Assembly: GCA_041167325.1 (NCBI GenBank)
Contig: JBEEHH010000011.1
Location: 142,653 to 206,652 of the forward strand
Length of the DNA: 64,000 bases
Reading direction: 5' to 3'
From: Verrucomicrobiota bacterium
GTDB lineage: Bacteria; Verrucomicrobiota; Verrucomicrobiia; Chthoniobacterales; UBA10450
This document shows, piece by piece, positions 33,032 to 42,119 of the stretch. Both the position numbers and the translations under genes were made by a program. Within the stretch, counting starts at the first letter, position 1. Each line of letters begins with the position of its first letter. The notes under the pieces were generated by a model. The model was not told where the DNA came from and ran no database searches. It saw nothing but the letters and a program-made list of their open reading frames with translations.

Positions 33032-33055
33032 TTTCGCCGGTTGAATTAGCCACGG

Positions 33056-34639
33056 ATGGACACACGGAAAGGTGCTGGATCGCGACTTGTCGTCGCGGTG
33101 GACCTGATCCCACTGCGGCCGGCAGGTGAAAACGGCGGTCTTAAACCAGCAGTTTTTACTTTGTTACGTGCGGTCGCAGCTGAGGCCCAAGACTCACTCG
33201 CATTTCTTTTTCTGACAAATTCTGCTTCCCACGCACAGGTCCGCGATTTGGCCGGCCCCCAGGATATTCTGATCTGTGTGATTGAAGAGCCGGCATTCCC
33301 GTTTGCTCAACCCACGGATGCAAACCCCATGGAGTCGACCATGCGGTCCAGCGAATTCAAAATCGCGCCGCCGCCGCCTGATTTTCTCCGAACGCTCGGA
33401 GCCGATCTTCTGTATTGCCCGTTTGGAGCAACCACGTTTCACGTGTCGGGTATCCCTACTATCGCTCTGATCGTTGATCTCCTGCACAAAGATTATCCTT
33501 ATACGCTCCCGCAGGAAGAGATCCGTCACCGGGAAACTTACATTGAGGAGACCGTACGCGTTGCAAACAAGCTGCAGTGTATCAGCCGAACCGGGATGGA
33601 ACGATTGGTTGAGCATTACAATGTGCCAGGTGAAAGGCTGTTCTACACGTATCTGCCAATTCATGTTCGTCTAGACCGTGCCTTACACAATTCCAGCCGA
33701 GCCACTGAATCGGAGCGGCCTTTCTTTTACTATCCAGCGAACCTCTGGATTCATAAGAACCACGAAGTTTTACTTGTAAGTTACGCGCTGTATCGACAGC
33801 AAGCAGGTGATGCAGCTTGGGATTTGGTTCTTACCTTTCAAGAAGAGCCCAGGGCGGATGAACTGCGAAGCCTGGCGAAAACTTTGAGCCTTTCCGAGCA
33901 CGTCCGCTTTGCTGGTTTTTTACCCGAAAACGAGCTCAGGTCTATTTGGCGAACGGCAGGGGCACTAATTTTTCCTTCTTTACATGAAGGGTTCGGGATC
34001 CCACTGGTTGAGGCGATGCATTACGGTGTTCCGATCATTACCGGAAGCGAGTTTTCGCTCAAGGAGGTAGCCGGCGATGCGTGCTACCCTATTGATCCGC
34101 GGAAACCGAGATCGATTGCCAGCGCCCTCTTGGAGGTTAGCAAGAATAGCGAACTGCGCGGTGAACTAAGTCGACGCGCTCGGGCGCGGCTTATTCTTTT
34201 TGATTTGGAGAGGGCTGCCGCAGTCCTACTCCGAGAGTTTCACTCGGTCCTTCGAACACGGAATGATTTTCCTCGCGATCCGGTCTATTGCTCTCACCTC
34301 GCGATACTCGCTTGTCCCACTCCGGCATCAGAAGAGACGTGGGAGATCAAGATCGCAGCCGACCTGACGAATTCAGACCAGAAGCTGTCGGTCTATCTGG
34401 ATAATTTTCCGTACGGCAGCTTCGACGAACGTTCGGGGGCGGATGGGTTTTCCTTCGTATGTCGACCGGAAGCCCGCACGCTCGTTGTGCGTCGGAGCGT
34501 TAATCAGAGAATTGAGGGGTCTGCGGAATCTAATGAACGACAAGCTTGTCCGGCTCTGATTACAAAAATCGTCGCTGAGGATCTTCGCGGGCGACAAATT
34601 CTGTTGTACAACAACGAAGAAGCGGATAGAATTGGATGA
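33056..34639 (+). CDS. Glycosyltransferase family 1 (GT4-like) with C-terminal extension
   Basis: 527 aa. Motif FPSLHEGFGIPLVEAMHYGVPIITG. An extra domain of about 120 aa follows the GT-B fold. Confidence 0.85.
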   Translation: MDTRKGAGSRLVVAVDLIPLRPAGENGGLKPAVFTLLRAVAAEAQDSLAFLFLTNSASHAQVRDLAGPQDILICVIEEPAFPFAQPTDANPMESTMRSSEFKIAPPPPDFLRTLGADLLYCPFGATTFHVSGIPTIALIVDLLHKDYPYTLPQEEIRHRETYIEETVRVANKLQCISRTGMERLVEHYNVPGERLFYTYLPIHVRLDRALHNSSRATESERPFFYYPANLWIHKNHEVLLVSYALYRQQAGDAAWDLVLTFQEEPRADELRSLAKTLSLSEHVRFAGFLPENELRSIWRTAGALIFPSLHEGFGIPLVEAMHYGVPIITGSEFSLKEVAGDACYPIDPRKPRSIASALLEVSKNSELRGELSRRARARLILFDLERAAAVLLREFHSVLRTRNDFPRDPVYCSHLAILACPTPASEETWEIKIAADLTNSDQKLSVYLDNFPYGSFDERSGADGFSFVCRPEARTLVVRRSVNQRIEGSAESNERQACPALITKIVAEDLRGRQILLYNNEEADRIG

Positions 34640-35505
34640 GAATAAGCATCGTTATCCCCTCTTACAACCAAGCTCAGTTCTTGCCCTTGACCCTGGACAG
34701 CGTGCTCTCACAGCAATATCCAGATCTTGAAGTCTTGGTCGTCGATGATGGCAGCACCGATGAGAGTCTTTCTGTCCTTAAAAGATACGACGGAAAAATC
34801 GAATACGTCTCGCGGAGAAACGGGGGTCAGCCCAACGCGATCAATTTTGGCTTGGGGCGCGCCACTGGTCAGATACTCGCCTACCTAAATTCAGATGACG
34901 TTTACCTTCCCGGTGCGCTCAAGTGCGTCGTCGATCACTTCAGGACGAATCCGGAGTCGCTCGTTTTGTACGGTGAGGGGTGGCATCTGCACGAAGACGG
35001 CTCGATCATGGAGCGTTATTACAGCGAGCCATGGTCGTATCCACGACTCCTTGATGTCTGCTACCTGTGCCAGCCGGCGGTGTTTTGGCGTCGCGAACTG
35101 AGCGAACGCTTCGGTCTCTTTGATGACTTGCTGCACTACGCAATAGACTACGACTATTGGCTGCGAATTGGCCGCGAAGTTGAATTCTCTTATCTTGAAG
35201 GAACATACTTGGCGGGTTCACGCTTGCACCAAGAAGCAAAGACACTGAAACGGCGCGTTAGTAATCATCATGAAATTCTCGAAGTGGTAATGAGGCACAG
35301 TCCAGAACCGCCGTATCGTTGGCTGATGAACTTGGCCTCGGTGATTGTGGAAGCAGCGCGACAACGAAATGGCGGTGTCGAAATGGATGAAATGACCCGA
35401 CGCGGTTTACTCGTTGAAGCCGTGTTGGAAAACGCCGACGCCTACCAGATACCTCTAAGCGTCGACTTTTTGAAGACGCTAGAGCAGATGATGCCGTCGA
35501 TGTGA
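34636..35505 (+). CDS. Glycosyltransferase family 2
   Basis: 289 aa. ISIVIPSYNQAQFLPLTLDSVLSQQYPDLEVLVVDDGSTDES. ATGA overlap with the upstream gene. Confidence 0.9.
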   Translation: MRISIVIPSYNQAQFLPLTLDSVLSQQYPDLEVLVVDDGSTDESLSVLKRYDGKIEYVSRRNGGQPNAINFGLGRATGQILAYLNSDDVYLPGALKCVVDHFRTNPESLVLYGEGWHLHEDGSIMERYYSEPWSYPRLLDVCYLCQPAVFWRRELSERFGLFDDLLHYAIDYDYWLRIGREVEFSYLEGTYLAGSRLHQEAKTLKRRVSNHHEILEVVMRHSPEPPYRWLMNLASVIVEAARQRNGGVEMDEMTRRGLLVEAVLENADAYQIPLSVDFLKTLEQMMPSM

Positions 35506-35506
35506 C

Positions 35507-36616
35507 ATGAAGATCGGGTTTGACGTCGCACAGACTTGCACTCAACGCGCCGGTTGCGCCTGGTATGCGGATTCTCTTATCCACGCCATGGTGGATGTCG
35601 CTCCCGACAACGAATACTTTCTTTATCATCAATTCGGCACCTGGATTAACGAAGACACGGGCACTGGCACCGTAATTAAGCATCCCTCCGCGCATCTGCC
35701 TTTCCTGGGGATGGATGCCGACCAGGCACGCGCGCGCTGGAACACCGGTGGACTGGTCGGCGATCCGGAAATTGTCCAGAGCAACTCTTTTCAAGTCGTT
35801 CCAACCGGTTCCGCCAAATTAGTGTTCGTCATCTACGACATTAGCTTTTGGATCTATCCCGAGTTTACGACTGAAGCGAATCGGCTTAACTGTCAGTACG
35901 GTGTGCTCAAGGCGCTCAGCGCGGCGGACGGCCTGATTTTCATTTCCGAGTCTGGTCGAAATGAATTTGACTCTCTGTTCCCGGGATTGCTGGAACGGAA
36001 GGGCAAACATTTCGCGGCCATACCGCTGGCTTCGCGCCTCCCGGTGCCAAGCCAATCAAATAAGACGACAGAAAGCTTCTGGCTGGCGGTAGGCTCGATG
36101 GAGCCCAGAAAAAACTATGACGCAATCTTTTCCGCTATCGACCTGTATTGGCGTAGGAGCAAGAACCCTTCTCCAGTGTGGATAGCGGCAGCAGCGGCCG
36201 GATGGAAAAATGAAGCTATGAAGACACGGGCCCGCGATCTCGAAGCGAAAGGCCGCATCCGTATCCTGGGTTACGTGGAGGAACGACGGCTTGCCACCCT
36301 CTACCGGGACTCGTTAGGTCTTATTTTTCCGAGTTGGTATGAAGGCTTTGGGTTGCCAGCCCTGGAGGCGATGCAATGCGGATGCCCGGTGATTTGCAGC
36401 AATCGCACCAGCCTGCCCGAGGTAGGTGGAGACGTCCCCCTTTACATAGATCCGGCCCAGCCCGAATCAATCTGCGATGCCATGATCCTTTTAGAAGAAG
36501 ACCCGTCAAGGCGCCAACGGTGCCGTGAAGCCGGCATGGATCGCGCCAAGAAATTCAGTTGGAACCAGACGGCCGAGGCCACGCTGGAGTTCTACCGCAA
36601 GATCCTCGAAAGTTAA
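35507..36616 (+). CDS. Glycosyltransferase family 1 (GT4-like)
   Basis: 369 aa. Motif FPSWYEGFGLPALEAMQCGCPVICS. Confidence 0.9.
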   Translation: MKIGFDVAQTCTQRAGCAWYADSLIHAMVDVAPDNEYFLYHQFGTWINEDTGTGTVIKHPSAHLPFLGMDADQARARWNTGGLVGDPEIVQSNSFQVVPTGSAKLVFVIYDISFWIYPEFTTEANRLNCQYGVLKALSAADGLIFISESGRNEFDSLFPGLLERKGKHFAAIPLASRLPVPSQSNKTTESFWLAVGSMEPRKNYDAIFSAIDLYWRRSKNPSPVWIAAAAAGWKNEAMKTRARDLEAKGRIRILGYVEERRLATLYRDSLGLIFPSWYEGFGLPALEAMQCGCPVICSNRTSLPEVGGDVPLYIDPAQPESICDAMILLEEDPSRRQRCREAGMDRAKKFSWNQTAEATLEFYRKILES

Positions 36617-37017
36617 TGAACCGGACAGCCTTCTTGTGGTTCGCGACTTGCGGGCGGCTGCATTGTCGTGACATTCGGAAGCGAACCTGCGCGTTAGGCG
36701 CGTGCGTCCCCGATAATGAATCTTTCCGCGCCGAAACTACATGGATGGCCAACGCTTGACCTCGCCACGTCTTCGCAGGCGCTATTGCGTTTATTGCCTG
36801 TAACGCCTTGGTTTTATCTCGAAGTATCGATGACCTCGCCTCGAGGCCGCCGGGCGACGAATGGCCGAGCGCTTGCGGGAATCGTTGCGAGTTAACGCGT
36901 AATTCTGATTTGATATTTCAAGAATCGCCGCGCGGCGGCGGGTTCGACACCCTCCCGAACACGATATTCTCGTTGGACATAGGAGGGGAATCTGGACGAT
37001 TAAAGCAGCGCCTACCT

Positions 37018-37986
37018 ATGAAAATGTTTGTAACCGGCGCCGCGGGCTTTATCGGCAGCTCACTTGTCGACCAATTACTCGCGCGTGGAGACGAGGTTAT
37101 TGGCTGGGATAATTTTTCGACTGGGCAGAAACGTTTTCTGGAGCAGGCGGGCAAAAATTCATGTTTCCGGTTGATTGAGGGAGACAACCTTGATGGCGTT
37201 GCCCTCACCGCGGCGATGGCAGGCTGTGAGACCGTTTTCCACCTTGCGGCTAATGCGGACGTCCGTTTCGGTCTGGACCGTCCGCGCAACGATCTGGAGC
37301 AAAACACGCTCGCTACCTTCAATGTGCTCGAGGCGATGCGGAGCAATGGGATTAATCGGATTGCGTTTTCGTCGACGGGATCCGTTTACGGCGAAGCCGA
37401 AGTGATCCCCACCCCTGAGGATGCTCCTTTTCCGATCCAAACATCGCTTTACGGAGCGTCCAAGGTCGCGGGAGAAACCTTGATCCAGGCTTACTGCGAG
37501 GGTTTTGGTTTCGAAGGTTACATATTTCGTTTCGTCTCAATTCTTGGGGAGCGTTACACCCATGGACATGTTCTCGATTTTTACCGGCAACTCCTGGAAC
37601 ATCCCGACCACCTGCGCGTTCTCGGCAACGGCGCCCAGCGGAAGAGTTACCTTTATATCCAGGAGTGTCTCGAGGCGATGCTGCATGTGGTGAAGCTCGG
37701 TACGGCCCGCGATGCAAAACATCGCTCGCAAGTTTATAATCTCGGCGCTCCGGAGTACTGCTGCGTCACGGATTCCATCGGTTGGATCTGCGACCATCTC
37801 GGTTTGAAGCCGAAACTGGAGTTTACCGGCGGCGACCGTGGCTGGATCGGCGATAATCCGTTTATCTTTCTCGACACCGCAAAGATTCAGAAAACTGGGT
37901 GGCGCTCTCAATTGACGATCCGCCAAAGCACCGTTCGAACACTCGAATGGCTGCAGGCAAACCAGTGGGTCCTGGAGAAACGGTGA
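37018..37986 (+). CDS. Extended SDR, NAD-dependent nucleotide-sugar epimerase (paralog of 46966..47961)
   Basis: MKMFVTGAAGFIGSSLVDQLL, YGASK, and C-terminal GGDRGWIGDNP (the paralog has GGDRGWKGDVP). The track extension back to 36808 is rejected because the added 70 aa have no domain. Confidence 0.85.
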   Translation: MKMFVTGAAGFIGSSLVDQLLARGDEVIGWDNFSTGQKRFLEQAGKNSCFRLIEGDNLDGVALTAAMAGCETVFHLAANADVRFGLDRPRNDLEQNTLATFNVLEAMRSNGINRIAFSSTGSVYGEAEVIPTPEDAPFPIQTSLYGASKVAGETLIQAYCEGFGFEGYIFRFVSILGERYTHGHVLDFYRQLLEHPDHLRVLGNGAQRKSYLYIQECLEAMLHVVKLGTARDAKHRSQVYNLGAPEYCCVTDSIGWICDHLGLKPKLEFTGGDRGWIGDNPFIFLDTAKIQKTGWRSQLTIRQSTVRTLEWLQANQWVLEKR

Positions 37987-39269
37987 AGGTCGTCGTTTTC
38001 GGCCTGTGGCACCTGGGCTGTGTCACGGCGGCGTGTGGCGCCGAACATTTCGCCGTTGTCGGTCTCGATTTCGATCCGGAAATCATCGCGAACCTCCGAC
38101 GCGGACGAGCGCCGATTTTTGAGCCGGGCTTGAATGAACTCATTCAGAGCGGCCTGAGATCCGAGCGACTCCGTTTTACGACAGATGAACAAGAGGCGCT
38201 CGAGAACGTTGATGTTTTCTGGGTCTGTTATGACACGCCCGTCGATGAAAGTGACGTGCCGGATGTCGGTTTCGTTATCGATAGAATTGAACGCTGTCTG
38301 CCGTATCTGCGTCCCGGTGCGATCGTCTTAATCTCCTCCCAGCTGCCAGCTGGCACTTGCCGGCGCCTGGAACAGAAGCATGCGGATGAGGGGATTTCTT
38401 TTGCTTGCAGCCCCGAAAATTTACGGCTCGGCAAAGCACTGGATATTTTTCGTAACCCGGATCGCGTCGTCGTGGGCGTGCGAGACGCGCGACCGCGCAA
38501 GACTATCGCGGAACTATTCGCGCCGTTTGCCAGCGACCGCGTCTTATGGATGAGTCCCGAATCGGCGGAAATGACCAAGCATGCGATCAACGCATTCCTT
38601 GCTCTCTCGGTTACCTTCGCGAATGAAATTGCGCGACTGTGCGAGGTGGTGGGCGCGAACGCGCGGGAGGTGGAGGAAGGACTTCGCTCCGAAAGCCGGA
38701 TCGGGCCGAAAGCTTATATCCGCGCCGGAAGCGCGTTCGCCGGTGGCACCTTGGCGCGCGACGTCGTAACTGTTACGCGGATCGCGGCTGACCACGGTGA
38801 ATCAGCGGAATTAATCGCTGCGATTTTGCGCAGCAACGAGGCACACAAAGCCTGGGCGTTGCGCAGGCTGGAAGCAATTTATGGCAATCTCCGCAGCATC
38901 ACAGTTGCGGTCCTCGGTCTGACTTATAAACCGGGCACCGACACGCTGAGACGCAGCAGTGCAATCGAACTTTGCCTGGGATTGCTCGAGCGGGGCGCGC
39001 GCGTCCGATGCTATGATCCGGTAGTGAAAGCGCTACCCTCGGAGCTGGCCGCCGCAAAGATCTGCGAAAGCCTGCCGGACGCGCTCCGGCAAGCGGAGGC
39101 TGCGGTGATCGCAACTGAGTGGCCCCAAATCAGGGATGCGGATTGGCCGGCGCTCGTGCAAACTATGAAACAGCCGCCGGTTATCCTGGATGCGAATCGG
39201 TTCCTCAACTTGACCGCGGATGCGTTGCAGGGCGGGCGCTACTTTGCCGTAGGCAGCTCCATCTCATGA
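37983..39269 (+). CDS. Nucleotide-sugar 6-dehydrogenase (UDP-glucose/GDP-mannose dehydrogenase family)
   Basis: VKVVVFGLWHLGCVTAAC Rossmann N-terminus, then IFEPGL, and LGLTYKPGTDTLRRS. The GTG at 37983 forms a GTGA overlap with the upstream stop. Confidence 0.85.
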   Translation: MKVVVFGLWHLGCVTAACGAEHFAVVGLDFDPEIIANLRRGRAPIFEPGLNELIQSGLRSERLRFTTDEQEALENVDVFWVCYDTPVDESDVPDVGFVIDRIERCLPYLRPGAIVLISSQLPAGTCRRLEQKHADEGISFACSPENLRLGKALDIFRNPDRVVVGVRDARPRKTIAELFAPFASDRVLWMSPESAEMTKHAINAFLALSVTFANEIARLCEVVGANAREVEEGLRSESRIGPKAYIRAGSAFAGGTLARDVVTVTRIAADHGESAELIAAILRSNEAHKAWALRRLEAIYGNLRSITVAVLGLTYKPGTDTLRRSSAIELCLGLLERGARVRCYDPVVKALPSELAAAKICESLPDALRQAEAAVIATEWPQIRDADWPALVQTMKQPPVILDANRFLNLTADALQGGRYFAVGSSIS

Positions 39270-40132
39270 AGCTGCAAAATCGAAACGCTCTCGTCACCGG
39301 TGGCACGCACGGTTTGGGACGGGCCATCGTCGAGCGCTTTGTAGAAGAAGGCGCGAACGTTCTTTTTTGTGCACGCGACAGCGCCGTGCTCGCGCAGGTT
39401 GAGCGCGAGTTAAGAAAGAGCGCCGGCACTGGTCAGCGGATTTGCGCGCAGGCTTGCGATGTTTCGTCGGCCACTGACATCGAGGCACTTTTCCGCACCG
39501 CGGATGACCAGTTCGGCCCTCTGCACATTCTCGTCAACAATGCCGGCATCTATGGCCCAAAGGGTCCAAGCGAAGAAGTTCCCTGGGACGAATGGTGCCG
39601 TTGCATTGAGATCAATTTATACGGCACCTTCCTGCCGTGTCGCCACGCCATTAACCGATTTAAGAGGTCGGGCTACGGCAAAATCATCAACCTCTCGGGT
39701 GGCGGCGCGACCAATCCATTGCCGAACATTAGTGCCTACGCCGCGGCCAAAGCCGCTGTGGTGCGGCTGACAGAAACGCTGGCCGAGGAGTTGCGCGCCT
39801 TTCGTGTCGATGTAAATGCCGTCGCGCCCGGCGCGCTCAACACGAGACTTCTCGACGAGGTGTTACAAGCTGGTCCCGAAAAAGTGGGTGTCGATTTCCA
39901 TGCCCGCGCGCTCAAGCAATCACAGGAAGGTGGTGTCCCATTAGAATTAGGCGCCGCTCTCTGCGTTTATCTTGCTTCCGCCGAGAGCGATGGTGTTACC
40001 GGCAAACTGCTTAGCGCAAAATGGGATCCGTGGGCCACGTTGCATACCCGCACGCACGAGTTGGACTCGAGTGACATCTACACCCTTCGCCGGATTGTGC
40101 CGGAGGATCGCGGCAAGAAGTGGCAAGGATGA
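39266..40132 (+). CDS. Short-chain dehydrogenase/reductase (SDR)
   Basis: ALVTGGTHGLGRAIVERF, NNAGI, and YAAAKAAV. ATGA overlap at 39266. Confidence 0.85.
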   Translation: MKLQNRNALVTGGTHGLGRAIVERFVEEGANVLFCARDSAVLAQVERELRKSAGTGQRICAQACDVSSATDIEALFRTADDQFGPLHILVNNAGIYGPKGPSEEVPWDEWCRCIEINLYGTFLPCRHAINRFKRSGYGKIINLSGGGATNPLPNISAYAAAKAAVVRLTETLAEELRAFRVDVNAVAPGALNTRLLDEVLQAGPEKVGVDFHARALKQSQEGGVPLELGAALCVYLASAESDGVTGKLLSAKWDPWATLHTRTHELDSSDIYTLRRIVPEDRGKKWQG

Positions 40133-41142
40133 AACTGACCAAAGACCGAAGTGCGCCCCGTTTTGCAATCATCGGCTGCGGCCTGATTGGCCGAAAACGT
40201 TTCGCCAGTTTGCGCCATGGCCAACTCAGCGTGGCGTGCGACCTGGATATAAGCCGGGCAGACGCCCTCATCGCGACCGCTGGCCGGGGACGCGCCACTG
40301 CAAATGTGGAGGATGCGGTTCACGATTCCGCAGTGGATGCCGTGATCGTTTCCACCCTGAACAGTTCGCTTGCGCCAATTGCCCGGCAGGCGATCGAAGC
40401 GGGAAGGCATGTGCTGGTGGAGAAGCCGGCCGGAATTTCTGTAGCTGAGATCGACGACTTGATGGCGTTATCCGCTGAGAAAGGTGTTCAGGTGCGAGTT
40501 GGCTACAACCATCGTTTTCATCCCGCTGTATTGGGCGCTCGCGAGTTAGTCGATGCCGGCTCTCTGGGGCCTTTGATGTTTCTTCGGGGTCGCTACGGCC
40601 ATGGGGGACGTATTGGCTACGACCGCGAATGGCGCGCCGATCCGGAGCTTTCCGGGGGCGGCGAATTAATCGATCAGGGCGTCCATCTCATCGACCTTGC
40701 GGCATGGTTTCTCGGGCCTTTCCCCGGCGTCGAGGGCCATGTCGCGACTTATTATTGGGACATGCCGGTCGATGACAATGCGTTCCTGAGTTTGCGCACG
40801 GCCACGGGCCAGACCGCCTGGTTGCACGTGAGCTGCTCGGAGTGGAAAAATCTTTTCTCCCTCGAAATTTACGGAAGAGCGGGCAAGCTGCAGATCGACG
40901 GGCTCGGGGGAAGTTACGGGATGGAGCGACTCACGCTTTACAAAATGCTTCCGCAAATGGGCCCGCCCGAAACAACGTCTTGGGATTATCCCAGCGGCGA
41001 CGATTCGTGGGCGCTGGAAATGGAAGCATTTCTGGAGGATATCAAGCAGGGGCGGACGCCGGTCCCCGGATTGAAGGAAGCGCGGGCCACCTTGGACGTG
41101 GTCGAGAAGATCTACCGCAACAGCAGTTCTCCAAAGTCATGA
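40129..41142 (+). CDS. Gfo/Idh/MocA family oxidoreductase
   Basis: FAIIGCGLIGRKR, VLVEKP, and GYNHRFHP. ATGA overlap at 40129. Confidence 0.85.
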   Translation: MKLTKDRSAPRFAIIGCGLIGRKRFASLRHGQLSVACDLDISRADALIATAGRGRATANVEDAVHDSAVDAVIVSTLNSSLAPIARQAIEAGRHVLVEKPAGISVAEIDDLMALSAEKGVQVRVGYNHRFHPAVLGARELVDAGSLGPLMFLRGRYGHGGRIGYDREWRADPELSGGGELIDQGVHLIDLAAWFLGPFPGVEGHVATYYWDMPVDDNAFLSLRTATGQTAWLHVSCSEWKNLFSLEIYGRAGKLQIDGLGGSYGMERLTLYKMLPQMGPPETTSWDYPSGDDSWALEMEAFLEDIKQGRTPVPGLKEARATLDVVEKIYRNSSSPKS

Positions 41143-42119
41143 TCATTACCCGCTCTCCTCTGCGCATCTCGCTCGGCGGGGGCGGCACCGATTTGCCTTC
41201 CTACTATCGGGAGCATGCCGGGTTTCTTATCGCTGCTGCAATCGACAAATACGTTTACATCACTTTGCACCAGACGTTCGTGCCGGAGTTGATCATCAAA
41301 TATTCCAAACTGGAACGCGTCCTCACCGTTGACGAAGTAGAGCATCCGATCATTCGTGAAGCTCTCAAACTGGTCGGAATTCCTGCGCTCTCCCTTGAGA
41401 TTACAAGCATGGCGGACATTCCGGCCGGGACGGGCCTCGGCTCATCGGGGAGTTTTACCACGGCCTTACTCAAGGCCTTTCACGCCTTGAAGAAAAATCT
41501 CGTCCATCCCGCGGAACTCGCCGAACAGGCCTGCCAGATCGAAATAGAGAAACTCAATGAACCGGTTGGCAAGCAAGATCAGTACATCGCAGCCTACGGA
41601 GGGATTACCTGTTTCAAATTCATGCCGGACGGTCGGGTCGAGGCCTGGCCTCTCAAGATTTCAGAAGAAGCCCTCTTTAATTTGGAAGACAACCTTCTGC
41701 TCTTCTTTACCGGGTACTCGCGCTCCGCATCCACGATCCTGAAGGAACAAGACGACAAGAGTAAGAAAGCGGATAAATCGATGATAGAGAATCTCCATTT
41801 CGTAAAAGAGCTGGGTAAACAAAGTCAGCATGCCCTGGAAGGGAACGACCTTCACGAGTTCGCGCGCTTGATGGATGTGCACTGGCAACGCAAGAAGGAG
41901 AGGTCCCAGGGAATGAGTAATCACGATATCAATGATTGGTACGACTGCGCGATGGCCAATGGTGCGCTCGGAGGAAAATTAATCGGTGCCGGAGGCGGAG
42001 GTTTTTTGATGTTTTACGCGGATGACAAAGCCCGGCTGCGCCATGCCATGCGCGAGAAAGGACTCACTGAAGTGCGCTTCCGCTTCGATTTTGAGGGAAC
42101 CAAGATCCTTAACCAATGA
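41139..42119 (+). CDS. hddA: GHMP-family sugar kinase, D-glycero-alpha-D-manno-heptose-7-phosphate kinase-like
   Basis: MIITRSPLRISLGGGGTDLPSYY, IPAGTGLGSSGSFTTALL, and GAGGGGFLMFY. ATGA overlap at 41139. Confidence 0.7.
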   Translation: MIITRSPLRISLGGGGTDLPSYYREHAGFLIAAAIDKYVYITLHQTFVPELIIKYSKLERVLTVDEVEHPIIREALKLVGIPALSLEITSMADIPAGTGLGSSGSFTTALLKAFHALKKNLVHPAELAEQACQIEIEKLNEPVGKQDQYIAAYGGITCFKFMPDGRVEAWPLKISEEALFNLEDNLLLFFTGYSRSASTILKEQDDKSKKADKSMIENLHFVKELGKQSQHALEGNDLHEFARLMDVHWQRKKERSQGMSNHDINDWYDCAMANGALGGKLIGAGGGGFLMFYADDKARLRHAMREKGLTEVRFRFDFEGTKILNQ

